Assembly (NCBI GenBank): GCA_022614695.1
Contig: JAKEIC010000077.1
Span: 1 to 57,437 of the forward strand
Length of the DNA: 57,437 nt
From: Planctomycetales bacterium
Lineage (GTDB): Bacteria > Planctomycetota > JAKEIC01
Direction: 5' to 3'
Shown here in pieces: positions 42,398 through 50,043 of the stretch. Made by a program: the position numbers and the translations under genes. Every line of letters begins with the position of its first letter. Within the stretch, counting starts at the first letter, position 1. Below the pieces are notes generated by a model, which had not been told where the DNA came from, did not search any database, and saw only the letters and a list, made by a program, of their open reading frames with translations.

Positions 42398-44601
42398 GCG
42401 GTCCTCCGCGCCATCTCGGGCCCTGGGAGATCCTGGAGGAGATCGGCCGCGGGGGGTACGGGGCCGTCTACCGGGCTCGCCACTCGCGCACGGGAGCGCC
42501 GGCCGCCGTGAAGCTCGTCCTCGCGGGCGACGGGGCGACTCCGGAGGAGATCCGGCGGTTCCAGCGCGAGATCGCGCTGGCGCGCACCCTCGACCACCCG
42601 GGGATCGTGAAGGTGCTCGACGTGGGGGACGAGGGCACGCGCCTCTGGTACGCGATGGAGCTTGTCGAGGGCCGGCCGCTCTACAGGCTCCTCGCCGAGG
42701 AGACCCTCCCCTGGCGCCGCGCCGTCGAGATCGCCCGCGACGTCGCCGACGCCCTCGCCCACGCCCACGCGCGGGGGGTGCTTCACCGGGACGTGAAGCC
42801 TGGCAACATCCTCGTCGGCCGCAAGTGGGGCGACGAGGATGTTGCCAATGGGGCCCCTAGGAACGCGCGAAGCGCGTTCCTAGCCGACTTCGGCCTTGCC
42901 CGGCTCTCGTCGAGCGCGTCGCGCCTCACGCGGACCGGCATGGCGCTCGGGACGCCGGAGTACATGTCCCCCGAGCAGGCGCAGGGCGAGCGGGAGAAGC
43001 TCGGGCCCCCGACCGACGTGTGGGGCGTGGGCTGCGTCCTCTACGAGATGCTCGCGGGGAGGCTCCCGTTCGAGGGCACCTCGGCCGAGCACACGATCGA
43101 GGCCGTCGTGCTCCGCGAGCCGGTCCCGCTCCGCCGGGTCCGCCCCGACGCCCCGCCCGCGCTCGAGCGGGTCGTGCGCGTCTGCCTCGCCAAGCGCCCC
43201 TCGCGCCGCTACCGCGACGCGGGCGCGCTCCGCGACGACCTGGACCGCGTGCTCCGGGGCGAGCGTCCGCAGGCGCGGCCCCCGGCACGGTGGGGGTGGA
43301 GAGTCGCGGCCGCGGCCTTCGTGGCGGCAGTCGCGTGCTGGGCTGGCTGGCTCGCCCGGGAGTCGGGCGAGCCCGAGCTGGTTGCCGAAGGGCACGGGCC
43401 GCCTGGGGCCCCGTCGAGAGCGGAGTCGCTCGCGGGCCGGGCGCGAGCTCTCCGGGCCACGGATCCTCGGGAGGCGGCGCGGCTTCTCGGAGAGGCCCTC
43501 GCGCTCGAGAGAGACCAGCACGAGTGTAGGATCGAGAGAGGGCTCTTGCTCTGGGCTGCCGGAGATGGTCCCGGGGGCCGGGCCGAGTGGCAAGGCGTCC
43601 CGGCCACTGCCGCCGCGTGGTCGCGAGCGAACTTCTACATGGCGATCCAGGCCCTGGGCCATCCGGAGGGGTTCGATTTCGACGCCCAGCTCGAAGCGAT
43701 CCAGGACGGGTCGGGCCGAGAGTCCACGATCGCCCGGGCCATCCTCGAGCTCCTGCATCGAGAGTGGGCTTCTGCGCGTGCATTGCTGCGGGGACTTCCC
43801 GGCTGGGAGGCCGCGATGGCGCGAGGATACCTCGAGACCATGGATCCGACGGGAGATCCGGCGGCCGCCGTGCGAGAGTACGGCGTAGTCCTCGCGGAAG
43901 GCCTCCACATCCCGTGGGTCCATCAGATGCGCGCCGTGTGCCGCAACCGAACCGGAGACCCCCGGGGCGCGATCGAGGACGCGGACGAGACCCTGCGCGT
44001 CCAGCCAGCGTCCCCAGAGGCCCTTGAAGTCCGGGCAAATGCGAGAGGGAGACTCGGGGACCACGTCGGCGCTCTCGAGGACGCCGAGGCTGCGCTGAAG
44101 CTGCGCCCGCGGTTCCCGGGGGCGCTCCTCACCCGCGGGACCGTGAGAGGCCTGTCGGGCGACCTGGCTGGCGCACTCCGGGACTTTGACGCGGCTCTCG
44201 ATCTGGATCCGGGCTTTGAGCACGCCCTGTTCAATCGGGCCTATGCCCGGGAGCAGAGCGGCGACCTGCAGGGTAGCCTGAGGGACTACGACGCCCTCAT
44301 CCGGGTGCGGCCTGACCACGTGGATGCCAGGCACAACCGGGGCTCACTCCGGGCCCGACTGGGAGACGACGCGGGGGCGGAGGAGGATCTCGAAGTCGCC
44401 CACCGTGCGCGACCTGACGACCCGTTGCCTTTGGGGATGCTGGGGCGTGTCCGGCGGGCCCGGCGGGACTGGGCCGGTGCCGCGGATGCCTTCCGTGGTT
44501 TCCTCCGGCTCGCGGCGAGCGATTCGCAGCGAGCCCAGGTGACCGCATGGCTGGCAGAGTGCGAGGAGAAGCTCCGCGAGGAGCGCGCGAAGGGTCGGTA
44601 G
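42394..44601 (+). CDS. K6: full-length receptor Ser/Thr kinase - TM - juxtamembrane module - TPR array
   Basis: ATG 42394 overlaps the moeA stop (ATGA). The sequence reads MSGPPRHLGPWEILEEIGRGGYGAVYRARH, AVKLVL, HRDVKPGNILVGRKWGDEDVANGAPRNARSAFLADFGLAR, GTPEYMSPEQ. The TM helix is WRVAAAAFVAAVACWAGWLA, followed by TPRs. Confidence 0.85.
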   Translation: MSGPPRHLGPWEILEEIGRGGYGAVYRARHSRTGAPAAVKLVLAGDGATPEEIRRFQREIALARTLDHPGIVKVLDVGDEGTRLWYAMELVEGRPLYRLLAEETLPWRRAVEIARDVADALAHAHARGVLHRDVKPGNILVGRKWGDEDVANGAPRNARSAFLADFGLARLSSSASRLTRTGMALGTPEYMSPEQAQGEREKLGPPTDVWGVGCVLYEMLAGRLPFEGTSAEHTIEAVVLREPVPLRRVRPDAPPALERVVRVCLAKRPSRRYRDAGALRDDLDRVLRGERPQARPPARWGWRVAAAAFVAAVACWAGWLARESGEPELVAEGHGPPGAPSRAESLAGRARALRATDPREAARLLGEALALERDQHECRIERGLLLWAAGDGPGGRAEWQGVPATAAAWSRANFYMAIQALGHPEGFDFDAQLEAIQDGSGRESTIARAILELLHREWASARALLRGLPGWEAAMARGYLETMDPTGDPAAAVREYGVVLAEGLHIPWVHQMRAVCRNRTGDPRGAIEDADETLRVQPASPEALEVRANARGRLGDHVGALEDAEAALKLRPRFPGALLTRGTVRGLSGDLAGALRDFDAALDLDPGFEHALFNRAYAREQSGDLQGSLRDYDALIRVRPDHVDARHNRGSLRARLGDDAGAEEDLEVAHRARPDDPLPLGMLGRVRRARRDWAGAADAFRGFLRLAASDSQRAQVTAWLAECEEKLREERAKGR
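42802..42881. repeat. Double-hairpin module in K6 (copy 3 of 3, both stems perfect)
   Basis: Hairpin 1 is GGCAACATCCTCGTC (42802-42816), the loop GGCCGCAAGTGGGGC, then GACGAGGATGTTGCC (42832-42846), giving 15/15 bp. Hairpin 2 is AGGAACGCGC-GAA-GCGCGTTCCT (42859-42881), giving 10/10 bp with the core GCGAAGC. Confidence 0.95.
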
Positions 44602-44613
44602 GAGCTCGATACC

Positions 44614-46938
44614 ATGGGGGCCGGGATGACCGAATCGAGCCCGTTGCCGGTGTCCGATGGGCCCGCGTCCACGCGTTTCGGCCCCTGGGAGATCCTCGAG
44701 GAGATCGGCCGCGGGGGGTACGGGGCGGTCTACCGGGCTCGCCACTCGCGGACCGGCGCGGTCGCCGCGGTCAAGGTGATCCTCGCGGGCGAGGGCGCGA
44801 CTCCCGACGAGATCCGGAGGTTCCAGCGCGAGATCGCGCTCGCGCGCACGCTCGACCACCCGGGGATCGTCCGGGTCCTGGACGTCGGGGAGGAAGGGGC
44901 GCGGGCCTGGTTCGCGATGGAATACGTCGAGGGTCGCTCCCTGTGGGCCACGCTCACGGAGGAGTCGCTCCCGTGGCGTCGGGCCGTCGAGATCGCCCGG
45001 GACGTGGCCGACGCGCTCGGCCACGCGCACGCCCGGGGCATCCTCCACCGGGACCTGAAGTCGGCGAACATCCTGATCGGGAGGAAGGTCGTCGCGGCCC
45101 CGTCCAGAGTCCAGAGTTCAGAGTCCAGAGTTGGGAGCGAAGAGCCGAACTCCGAACCCCGGACGCTGAACTCTGAACGTCCTTTCCTCACCGACTTCGG
45201 CCTCGCCCGTCTCGCGAGCACCGGATCGCGGCTGACGCGGACGGGCTTCGCCATCGGGACGCCGGACTACATGTCGCCCGAGCAGGCGCGGGGCGAGCGG
45301 GACCGGCTGGGACCGGCGACCGATGTGTGGAGCCTCGGGTGCATCCTCTACGAGATGCTCGCCGGACGCCTGCCCTTCGAGGGCTCCTCCTCGGAGCTGC
45401 TCGTCGAGGCGGTCGTCGCGAAGGACCCGACGCCGATCGGCCGCCTCCGCGAGGATCTGCCCGCGGGGCTCGATCGTGTGATCCGCGTCTGCCTCGCGAA
45501 GGACGCCTCCGACCGCTACCGCGATGGCTGGGCGCTGCGGGACGACCTCGACCGGGTGCTGCGCGGCGAGCGGCCGCTCGCCCGGCCGCCGCGGGGACCG
45601 GCGCTCGTGCGGGCCCTCGTGCTCTCCGGGTTGGTCATGGCCGCCGCCCTCTGGGGCGGCTGGCCGGCGCGCGAGGGGCCCGGTCCGGTCCCGCCGCCGG
45701 CTCCCGATGCCCCGCGGTCCCCCCCGGCGACCGGTGCGCCTCCCCGGGCCGAGGGGCTCGCCGCTCGGGCCATGGCGGTCCGGCATTCGGACCCGACCGA
45801 GGCGGCGCGACTCCTCGAGGCGGCGATCGCCTCTTCCCCGGACCACGCGAGGGGCCTCGCCTGGCGCCTCGAGCGGGGTCTCGTCCTCTGGGCCGTGGGG
45901 CGCGCGTCGGAAGCCCTCGAGGAGTGGAGGGGAATCCCGGCGGGCGCTCCGGAGGCGAAGCTCGCCCGATTCTACGAAGGGCTCGAGGCCTTCTTCGCCC
46001 TGCGAACGGCCGATTCGCTCCGCGTCCTCAGCGCCTCCGCCTCCCTCGGTGGTCGGGCCGGCAACCTCGCCGATGCGGCCGTCTTCGCGGTGGCCCGTGA
46101 CTGGCGCGCCGCCCGCGAGGTCCTGCGGGGCGAGCCCGGCTGGGAGGCCGCTCTCCTCCGGGGCTACGTGGAGCACCACGACCCCTCCGGCGATCGGGAG
46201 GCGGCAATCCGCGAGTACGGTGTCGCGCTCGCCGACGGGATCCCCTTCGGCTGGGCCTACGGCAACCGGGCCAACCTGAGACAGGAGGCCGGAGACTTGG
46301 CGGGGGCCCGGGCCGACTATGACGAGGCCCTGAGGCTCGACCCCGGGCTGGTGCTCGCCTGGAACAACCGGGCCGCCTTCCGGTTCGCACTGGGGGATCG
46401 CGAGGGGGCCCGGGCGGACGTCGAGCAGGCCCTGCGGCTCGACCCGAGCTACGGGCACGCCTGGCACAACCGCGGGCTCATGCGGGGGGAGAGCGGAGAC
46501 CTGCGGGGCGCTCTCGAGGACGCGAGCGAGGCCGTCCGGCTGGAACCCCTCTACGCGGCGGCCTGGAACAACCGCAGCCTCGCGCGCCTCAGGTTGGGGG
46601 ACGTGGACGGGGCGATCGCCGACGCGGACGAGGCCCTCCGGCTCGATCCGAGCGAGGCCAAGACCTGGATCAATCGCGGGAACGCGCGGGGGACCCGAGG
46701 GGATGTGGAGGGGGCGATCGCCGATCTCGACGAGGGGCTCCGGCGGAACCCGCGGCTCCTCGACGGCTACATGCTCCGGGCATTCGCCCGACGCTTGGGG
46801 GGCGACCTCGAAGGGGCCGCGGCGGACCTCGCGCGGGCGCTCGAGCTCGCGCCCCCCGACTGGCCCCGCCGGGCGGAGGCCGAGAGGCTCCTGAAGGGGG
46901 TCGAGGCCGCCGTCCGGGGGAGCCAGAAGGGCCGGTGA
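44614..46938 (+). CDS. K7: full-length receptor Ser/Thr kinase - TM - juxtamembrane module - TPR array, with a different insert before DFG
   Basis: ATG 44614 has AGGAG 9 nt upstream. The sequence reads FGPWEILEEIGRGGYGAVYRARH, AVKVIL, HRDLKSANILIGRKVVAAPSRVQSSESRVGSEEPNSEPRTLNSERPFLTDFGLAR, GTPDYMSPEQ. The TM helix is LVRALVLSGLVMAAALWGG, followed by TPRs. Confidence 0.85.
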   Translation: MGAGMTESSPLPVSDGPASTRFGPWEILEEIGRGGYGAVYRARHSRTGAVAAVKVILAGEGATPDEIRRFQREIALARTLDHPGIVRVLDVGEEGARAWFAMEYVEGRSLWATLTEESLPWRRAVEIARDVADALGHAHARGILHRDLKSANILIGRKVVAAPSRVQSSESRVGSEEPNSEPRTLNSERPFLTDFGLARLASTGSRLTRTGFAIGTPDYMSPEQARGERDRLGPATDVWSLGCILYEMLAGRLPFEGSSSELLVEAVVAKDPTPIGRLREDLPAGLDRVIRVCLAKDASDRYRDGWALRDDLDRVLRGERPLARPPRGPALVRALVLSGLVMAAALWGGWPAREGPGPVPPPAPDAPRSPPATGAPPRAEGLAARAMAVRHSDPTEAARLLEAAIASSPDHARGLAWRLERGLVLWAVGRASEALEEWRGIPAGAPEAKLARFYEGLEAFFALRTADSLRVLSASASLGGRAGNLADAAVFAVARDWRAAREVLRGEPGWEAALLRGYVEHHDPSGDREAAIREYGVALADGIPFGWAYGNRANLRQEAGDLAGARADYDEALRLDPGLVLAWNNRAAFRFALGDREGARADVEQALRLDPSYGHAWHNRGLMRGESGDLRGALEDASEAVRLEPLYAAAWNNRSLARLRLGDVDGAIADADEALRLDPSEAKTWINRGNARGTRGDVEGAIADLDEGLRRNPRLLDGYMLRAFARRLGGDLEGAAADLARALELAPPDWPRRAEAERLLKGVEAAVRGSQKGR
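45103..45179. repeat. Heptad-phased imperfect palindrome inside K7, at the same codon position as the K1/K4/K6 double hairpin
   Basis: The heptads read tccagag|tccagag|ttcagag|tccagag|ttgggag|cgaagag|ccgaact|ccgaacc|ccggacg|ctgaact|ctgaacg. Pairing positions i+j=90280 over 45103-45135 versus 45145-45177 gives 24 Watson-Crick pairs of 33. The centre is CGAAG (45138-45142). Confidence 0.85.
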
Positions 46939-46957
46939 ACGACTCCTCCCGAGCCGC

Positions 46958-48739
46958 TCAGCGCTCCCGGAACACCAGGATCGAGTGGCCGATCGCCGCG
47001 TCCGGCTCCCGCGCCCGGAGCGGGGCCAGCGCCTCGGTCACGTCCGGGGTCTCGTGGAGGCTCCCGCCCCACGCTGTCGCGCTGATCGCGCGGACCGGGG
47101 CGTCGGCGAGCCGCGTGCGGCCGTCGGGGCCCTCGACGAGGAGCGGCCGCCAGCGGATCCCGTACCAGGACGGGTCCGCGGTCCCGAAGTAGTAGAGGGC
47201 GATCTCGGGGACCCCCTCGCGCCGGGCCCACTCGGCGAGCGCGGGGAGGTCCTGTCCCCAGTCGAGGTTCGAGTCGAGGAGCGCCCGGCGGCCGCCCTCC
47301 GGTCCCCCGGCGAGGGCGTTGAAGTAGGCGAGGTGGTGCGGGTGGACGGAGAGCGCGGTGCCCGCGTGGGCCGCGAGGATGGCCGCGAGCCCCAGGCTTG
47401 CCACCCGCGGCGAAGAATTGGGGTCAGACCCCATTGTTCGTGGGACGCAGGGGGACGTGAGGTTCACGACCCGCGACGCGAGGACGAAGAGGGCCGGGTA
47501 GATCGGGAGGAGGTGGCGCTCGCCGATGTTGAGGCCGGAGGCGATCGCCGCGGCCCCGTAGACGAGGATCCACGCGAGCGCCGTCCGCTCGCGCCCGTCC
47601 GGGGAGCGGAGCCTCCGGCGCCAGAGCCCCGAGAGCGCGAGCAGCGCGAGCGTGGCGAGCGTGCTCTTCACGAGGAACGCGACCGGGAAGTAGAGCGGCT
47701 GCCCGCCGAGCCGCGCCTCGCCGAGGAGGAACGTCTTCCGGCCCGGGACCTTTCCGAGCATGCTCCCGAGCCCGTAGAGCCACGCCTCGGGGAGGAGCCG
47801 CAGGTCCCGCGCGAGGCCGAGCGCGCCGCCCGCGAGCCCTCCGGGGACTGCCGCCGGCCAGGCGAGGTCGAGCCCGGGCTCGGGCCCGGCCCGGAACCGG
47901 AAGCCGTACGCGGCCCAGACCACCGGGAGCGCCAGGAGGGCGGCGAGCGCAAGGAGGAGTGCGGACGCCGCGAGCCGCGCGGCGGGGCTCTCCCCCCGGA
48001 GCCGCGCGGGGACCGGGGAGCCGGTGCCGTGGACGACCGGCGCTCGGCGCCACGCCCGCCACGCCGCGAGCAGGACCAGCGCCGGCCCGAGAAGGACCGC
48101 CGAGAACTTCGTCGAGAGCGCGAGCCCGAGCGCCGTCGCCGCTGCGGAGAGGGATCCCGCGGAGGGCCGCGCGAGCATCCGCGCCCCGCCGAGCAGCGCG
48201 AGCGACTGCGCCACCGCCGCGGGCACGTCGGTCGTGAGGAGCGGCCCGTGCGCGAGGACGGCGGGCGAGAACGCCGCGAGCACCGCCCCCGCGAGGCCCG
48301 CCTGGGTTCCGTACCACGCGCGCGCCCAGAGCGCGACGAGGACCACGAGCGCCGCTCCCCACGCGAGGCCGGCCCGCCGCGCCGCGACCATACTCCCGTG
48401 AGGGTCGCCCGACGCGGCGAGCACGACGGGTCCCGCGCGCCAGCCCTTCCCCGCCCTCCAGGGTTCGTCGTCCGCAGGGATCGGGCGGTCCCCGAGCGGG
48501 AGGGTCCCGAGGAGGAACGCGAGGGGCGGGTGCTCGGGCACGCCGCGGAAGTCGCCTCGCCACGCCGCGAGCCCCGCCACCAGGTGCCCCGGCTCGTCAA
48601 CGGTCGGGGACCGTGTCCGTTGCGACGACTCCGCGAGAGCCAGGTGGACCCCGACCGCGGCCGCGACGGCTCCGGGAAACGCGAGGCGGCGCCAAGCGGG
48701 CACGCCTGAATCGTCCAATCTCGCCCGCTGGACGTCCAA
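46958..48739 (-). CDS. GT39/GT83-type (PMT/ArnT-like) polyprenyl-phosphate-sugar-dependent glycosyltransferase
   Basis: Polytopic membrane protein with an N-terminal DEPGHLVAG loop motif and more than 10 hydrophobic helices. The soluble C-terminal part ends ...ILVFRER. Confidence 0.65.
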   Translation of the reverse strand: MDVQRARLDDSGVPAWRRLAFPGAVAAAVGVHLALAESSQRTRSPTVDEPGHLVAGLAAWRGDFRGVPEHPPLAFLLGTLPLGDRPIPADDEPWRAGKGWRAGPVVLAASGDPHGSMVAARRAGLAWGAALVVLVALWARAWYGTQAGLAGAVLAAFSPAVLAHGPLLTTDVPAAVAQSLALLGGARMLARPSAGSLSAAATALGLALSTKFSAVLLGPALVLLAAWRAWRRAPVVHGTGSPVPARLRGESPAARLAASALLLALAALLALPVVWAAYGFRFRAGPEPGLDLAWPAAVPGGLAGGALGLARDLRLLPEAWLYGLGSMLGKVPGRKTFLLGEARLGGQPLYFPVAFLVKSTLATLALLALSGLWRRRLRSPDGRERTALAWILVYGAAAIASGLNIGERHLLPIYPALFVLASRVVNLTSPCVPRTMGSDPNSSPRVASLGLAAILAAHAGTALSVHPHHLAYFNALAGGPEGGRRALLDSNLDWGQDLPALAEWARREGVPEIALYYFGTADPSWYGIRWRPLLVEGPDGRTRLADAPVRAISATAWGGSLHETPDVTEALAPLRAREPDAAIGHSILVFRER

Positions 48740-48770
48740 CGCTCCGGCGGCTTTCGCCGTGTCGAGCGTG

Positions 48771-48800
48771 TTGACTTGTGCATTCGCCGTCTGCTACGGT
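48771..48800 (+). promoter_or_regulatory. Candidate promoter giving a leaderless K9 transcript
   Basis: TTGACT (48771-48776), an 18-nt spacer, then TACGGT (48795-48800). ATG 48805 lies 4 nt downstream of the -10. Motif match only. Confidence 0.3.
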
Positions 48801-48804
48801 GCCC

Positions 48805-50016
48805 ATGAAAGACCTTCGATTGGCCACGAAGGAAGAGATGCTCCTGGCGGTCGAGGCCCTGAAGATGGGCCTCATGGACCCGGTCACGATCCAGAAGGGA
48901 CTGGACCAGCAGAAGACGCTGGCCGACCAGGGGAAGCAGGTCAAGCTCTTCGAGATCTTCGTCCGGCAAGGCTCGCTCCCCCTCGACACCGCCAAGGCCC
49001 TCATCAAGTTCCAGAAACTCGATGGGCTCCCGGACGGCTCGGGCCGCGAGCCGGTCGAGGGCTACCACGTGACCGGGAAGCTCGGCCGCGGCGGGATGGC
49101 GATCGTCTACGAGGCGGAGAAGCTCGCCGGCGGCGGGACGGTCGCGCTCAAGGTCCTGATGCCGGTCCACAACGGGAAGCCCGTCGAAGTGGCGCGCTTC
49201 CGCCGCGAGGCCGAGCTGCTCACCAAGTTCGACCACGCGAACATCGTGAAGGGCTACGACCAGGGCGAGTCGGGAGGCCTCCACTACCTCGCCATGGAGG
49301 TGGTCCGCGGGGAGTCGGTGCAGGCGATCCTCGATCGCGACGGGCCGCTCGACGAGGACCGCGCTCTCTACGTGATCGTCCACGTCGCGAAGGCCCTCGA
49401 CTACTGCCAGAAGCAGGGCATCCTCCATCGCGACATCAAGCCCGAGAACATCCTGGTGACGCCCCAGGGGAGGATCGTCCTCTGCGACCTCGGCTTCGCG
49501 AAGCCGCTCGGCGGCGAGGACTCGACCGACCAGGACGGGACCACGTGCGGGACGGTCCAGTACATCTCGCCCGAGCAGGCGAGCGGCAAGGTGGACCTCG
49601 ACATCCGGAGCGACATCTACTCGCTCGGGGCGACTCTCTACCACCTGGTCGTGGGGAAGGTCCCCTTCTCCGGCGGCGAGAGCATGGAGGTGATGGCGAA
49701 GCACGTCCTGGACGAGCTGGAGAACCCCCAGGCCCTCAGCAAGAACGTGACGTCGCACCTCTCCTACTTCATCATGAAGATGATGGCGAAGGAGCGCGAG
49801 ATCCGCTACCAGAGCCCCGCGGAGCTGGTCGAGGACATCGAGACGCAGATCCTCGGGAAGAAGACCCTGGTCTTCAACCCGGACGGCGGCCCCAAGTCCG
49901 AGGACGACCTCTTCGAGGCCCCGGGCGCCCCCCCCCAGGCGAAGCCGGCCCGCGAGGCTCCCCGCGAGCGCCCGAGCCGCACCTTCGACGCGAACCGTCT
50001 GCGGCGGCGGCGCTGA
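48805..50016 (+). CDS. K9: cytoplasmic Ser/Thr kinase with an N-terminal T2SSE_N/MshEN-like tandem helical motif
   Basis: The sequence reads GKLGRGGMAIVYEAE, VALKVL, HRDIKPENILVTPQGRIVLCDLGFAK (DLG variant), GTVQYISPEQ. The N-terminal 75 aa contain two 24-residue L-x-x-x-x-L-x-x-G-L-x-x-x-x-x-L/I-x-x-x-L-x-x-Q-like motifs. I see no TM segment. The alternative start is 48778. Confidence 0.8.
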   Translation: MKDLRLATKEEMLLAVEALKMGLMDPVTIQKGLDQQKTLADQGKQVKLFEIFVRQGSLPLDTAKALIKFQKLDGLPDGSGREPVEGYHVTGKLGRGGMAIVYEAEKLAGGGTVALKVLMPVHNGKPVEVARFRREAELLTKFDHANIVKGYDQGESGGLHYLAMEVVRGESVQAILDRDGPLDEDRALYVIVHVAKALDYCQKQGILHRDIKPENILVTPQGRIVLCDLGFAKPLGGEDSTDQDGTTCGTVQYISPEQASGKVDLDIRSDIYSLGATLYHLVVGKVPFSGGESMEVMAKHVLDELENPQALSKNVTSHLSYFIMKMMAKEREIRYQSPAELVEDIETQILGKKTLVFNPDGGPKSEDDLFEAPGAPPQAKPAREAPRERPSRTFDANRLRRRR

Positions 50017-50043
50017 TCGGCGTCGCCTCGTACCGGCGTCGCC

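Noticed and set aside
45103-45179. Strand asymmetry of stem mismatches, which might indicate that the palindromes fold as antisense (minus-strand) RNA. In K7, 6 of the 9 non-Watson-Crick positions (among 33 paired positions) are A.C on the plus strand, which would be G.U on the minus strand, against 1 G.U on the plus strand. Both K1 hairpin-2 mismatches are also A.C.
   Set aside because: The total is about 8 versus 2, which is not significant for a two-sided test on so few sites. Coding constraints and mutation bias could produce it. The hairpin 1 loop offers a sense-strand GCAA tetraloop, which points the other way. The question is worth recomputing with orthologues.
47416-47436. Palindrome aaTTGGGGTC-A-GACCCCAtt in a locally AT-richer patch inside the GT39 gene, with a nearby GGTTCAC, as a possible further member of the in-frame fold-back family.
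   Set aside because: The arms are only 7 bp around a 1-nt centre, there is no heptad phasing, and the peptide (TMGSDPNSSPR) could be an ordinary loop. It is too short to separate from chance without genome-wide statistics.
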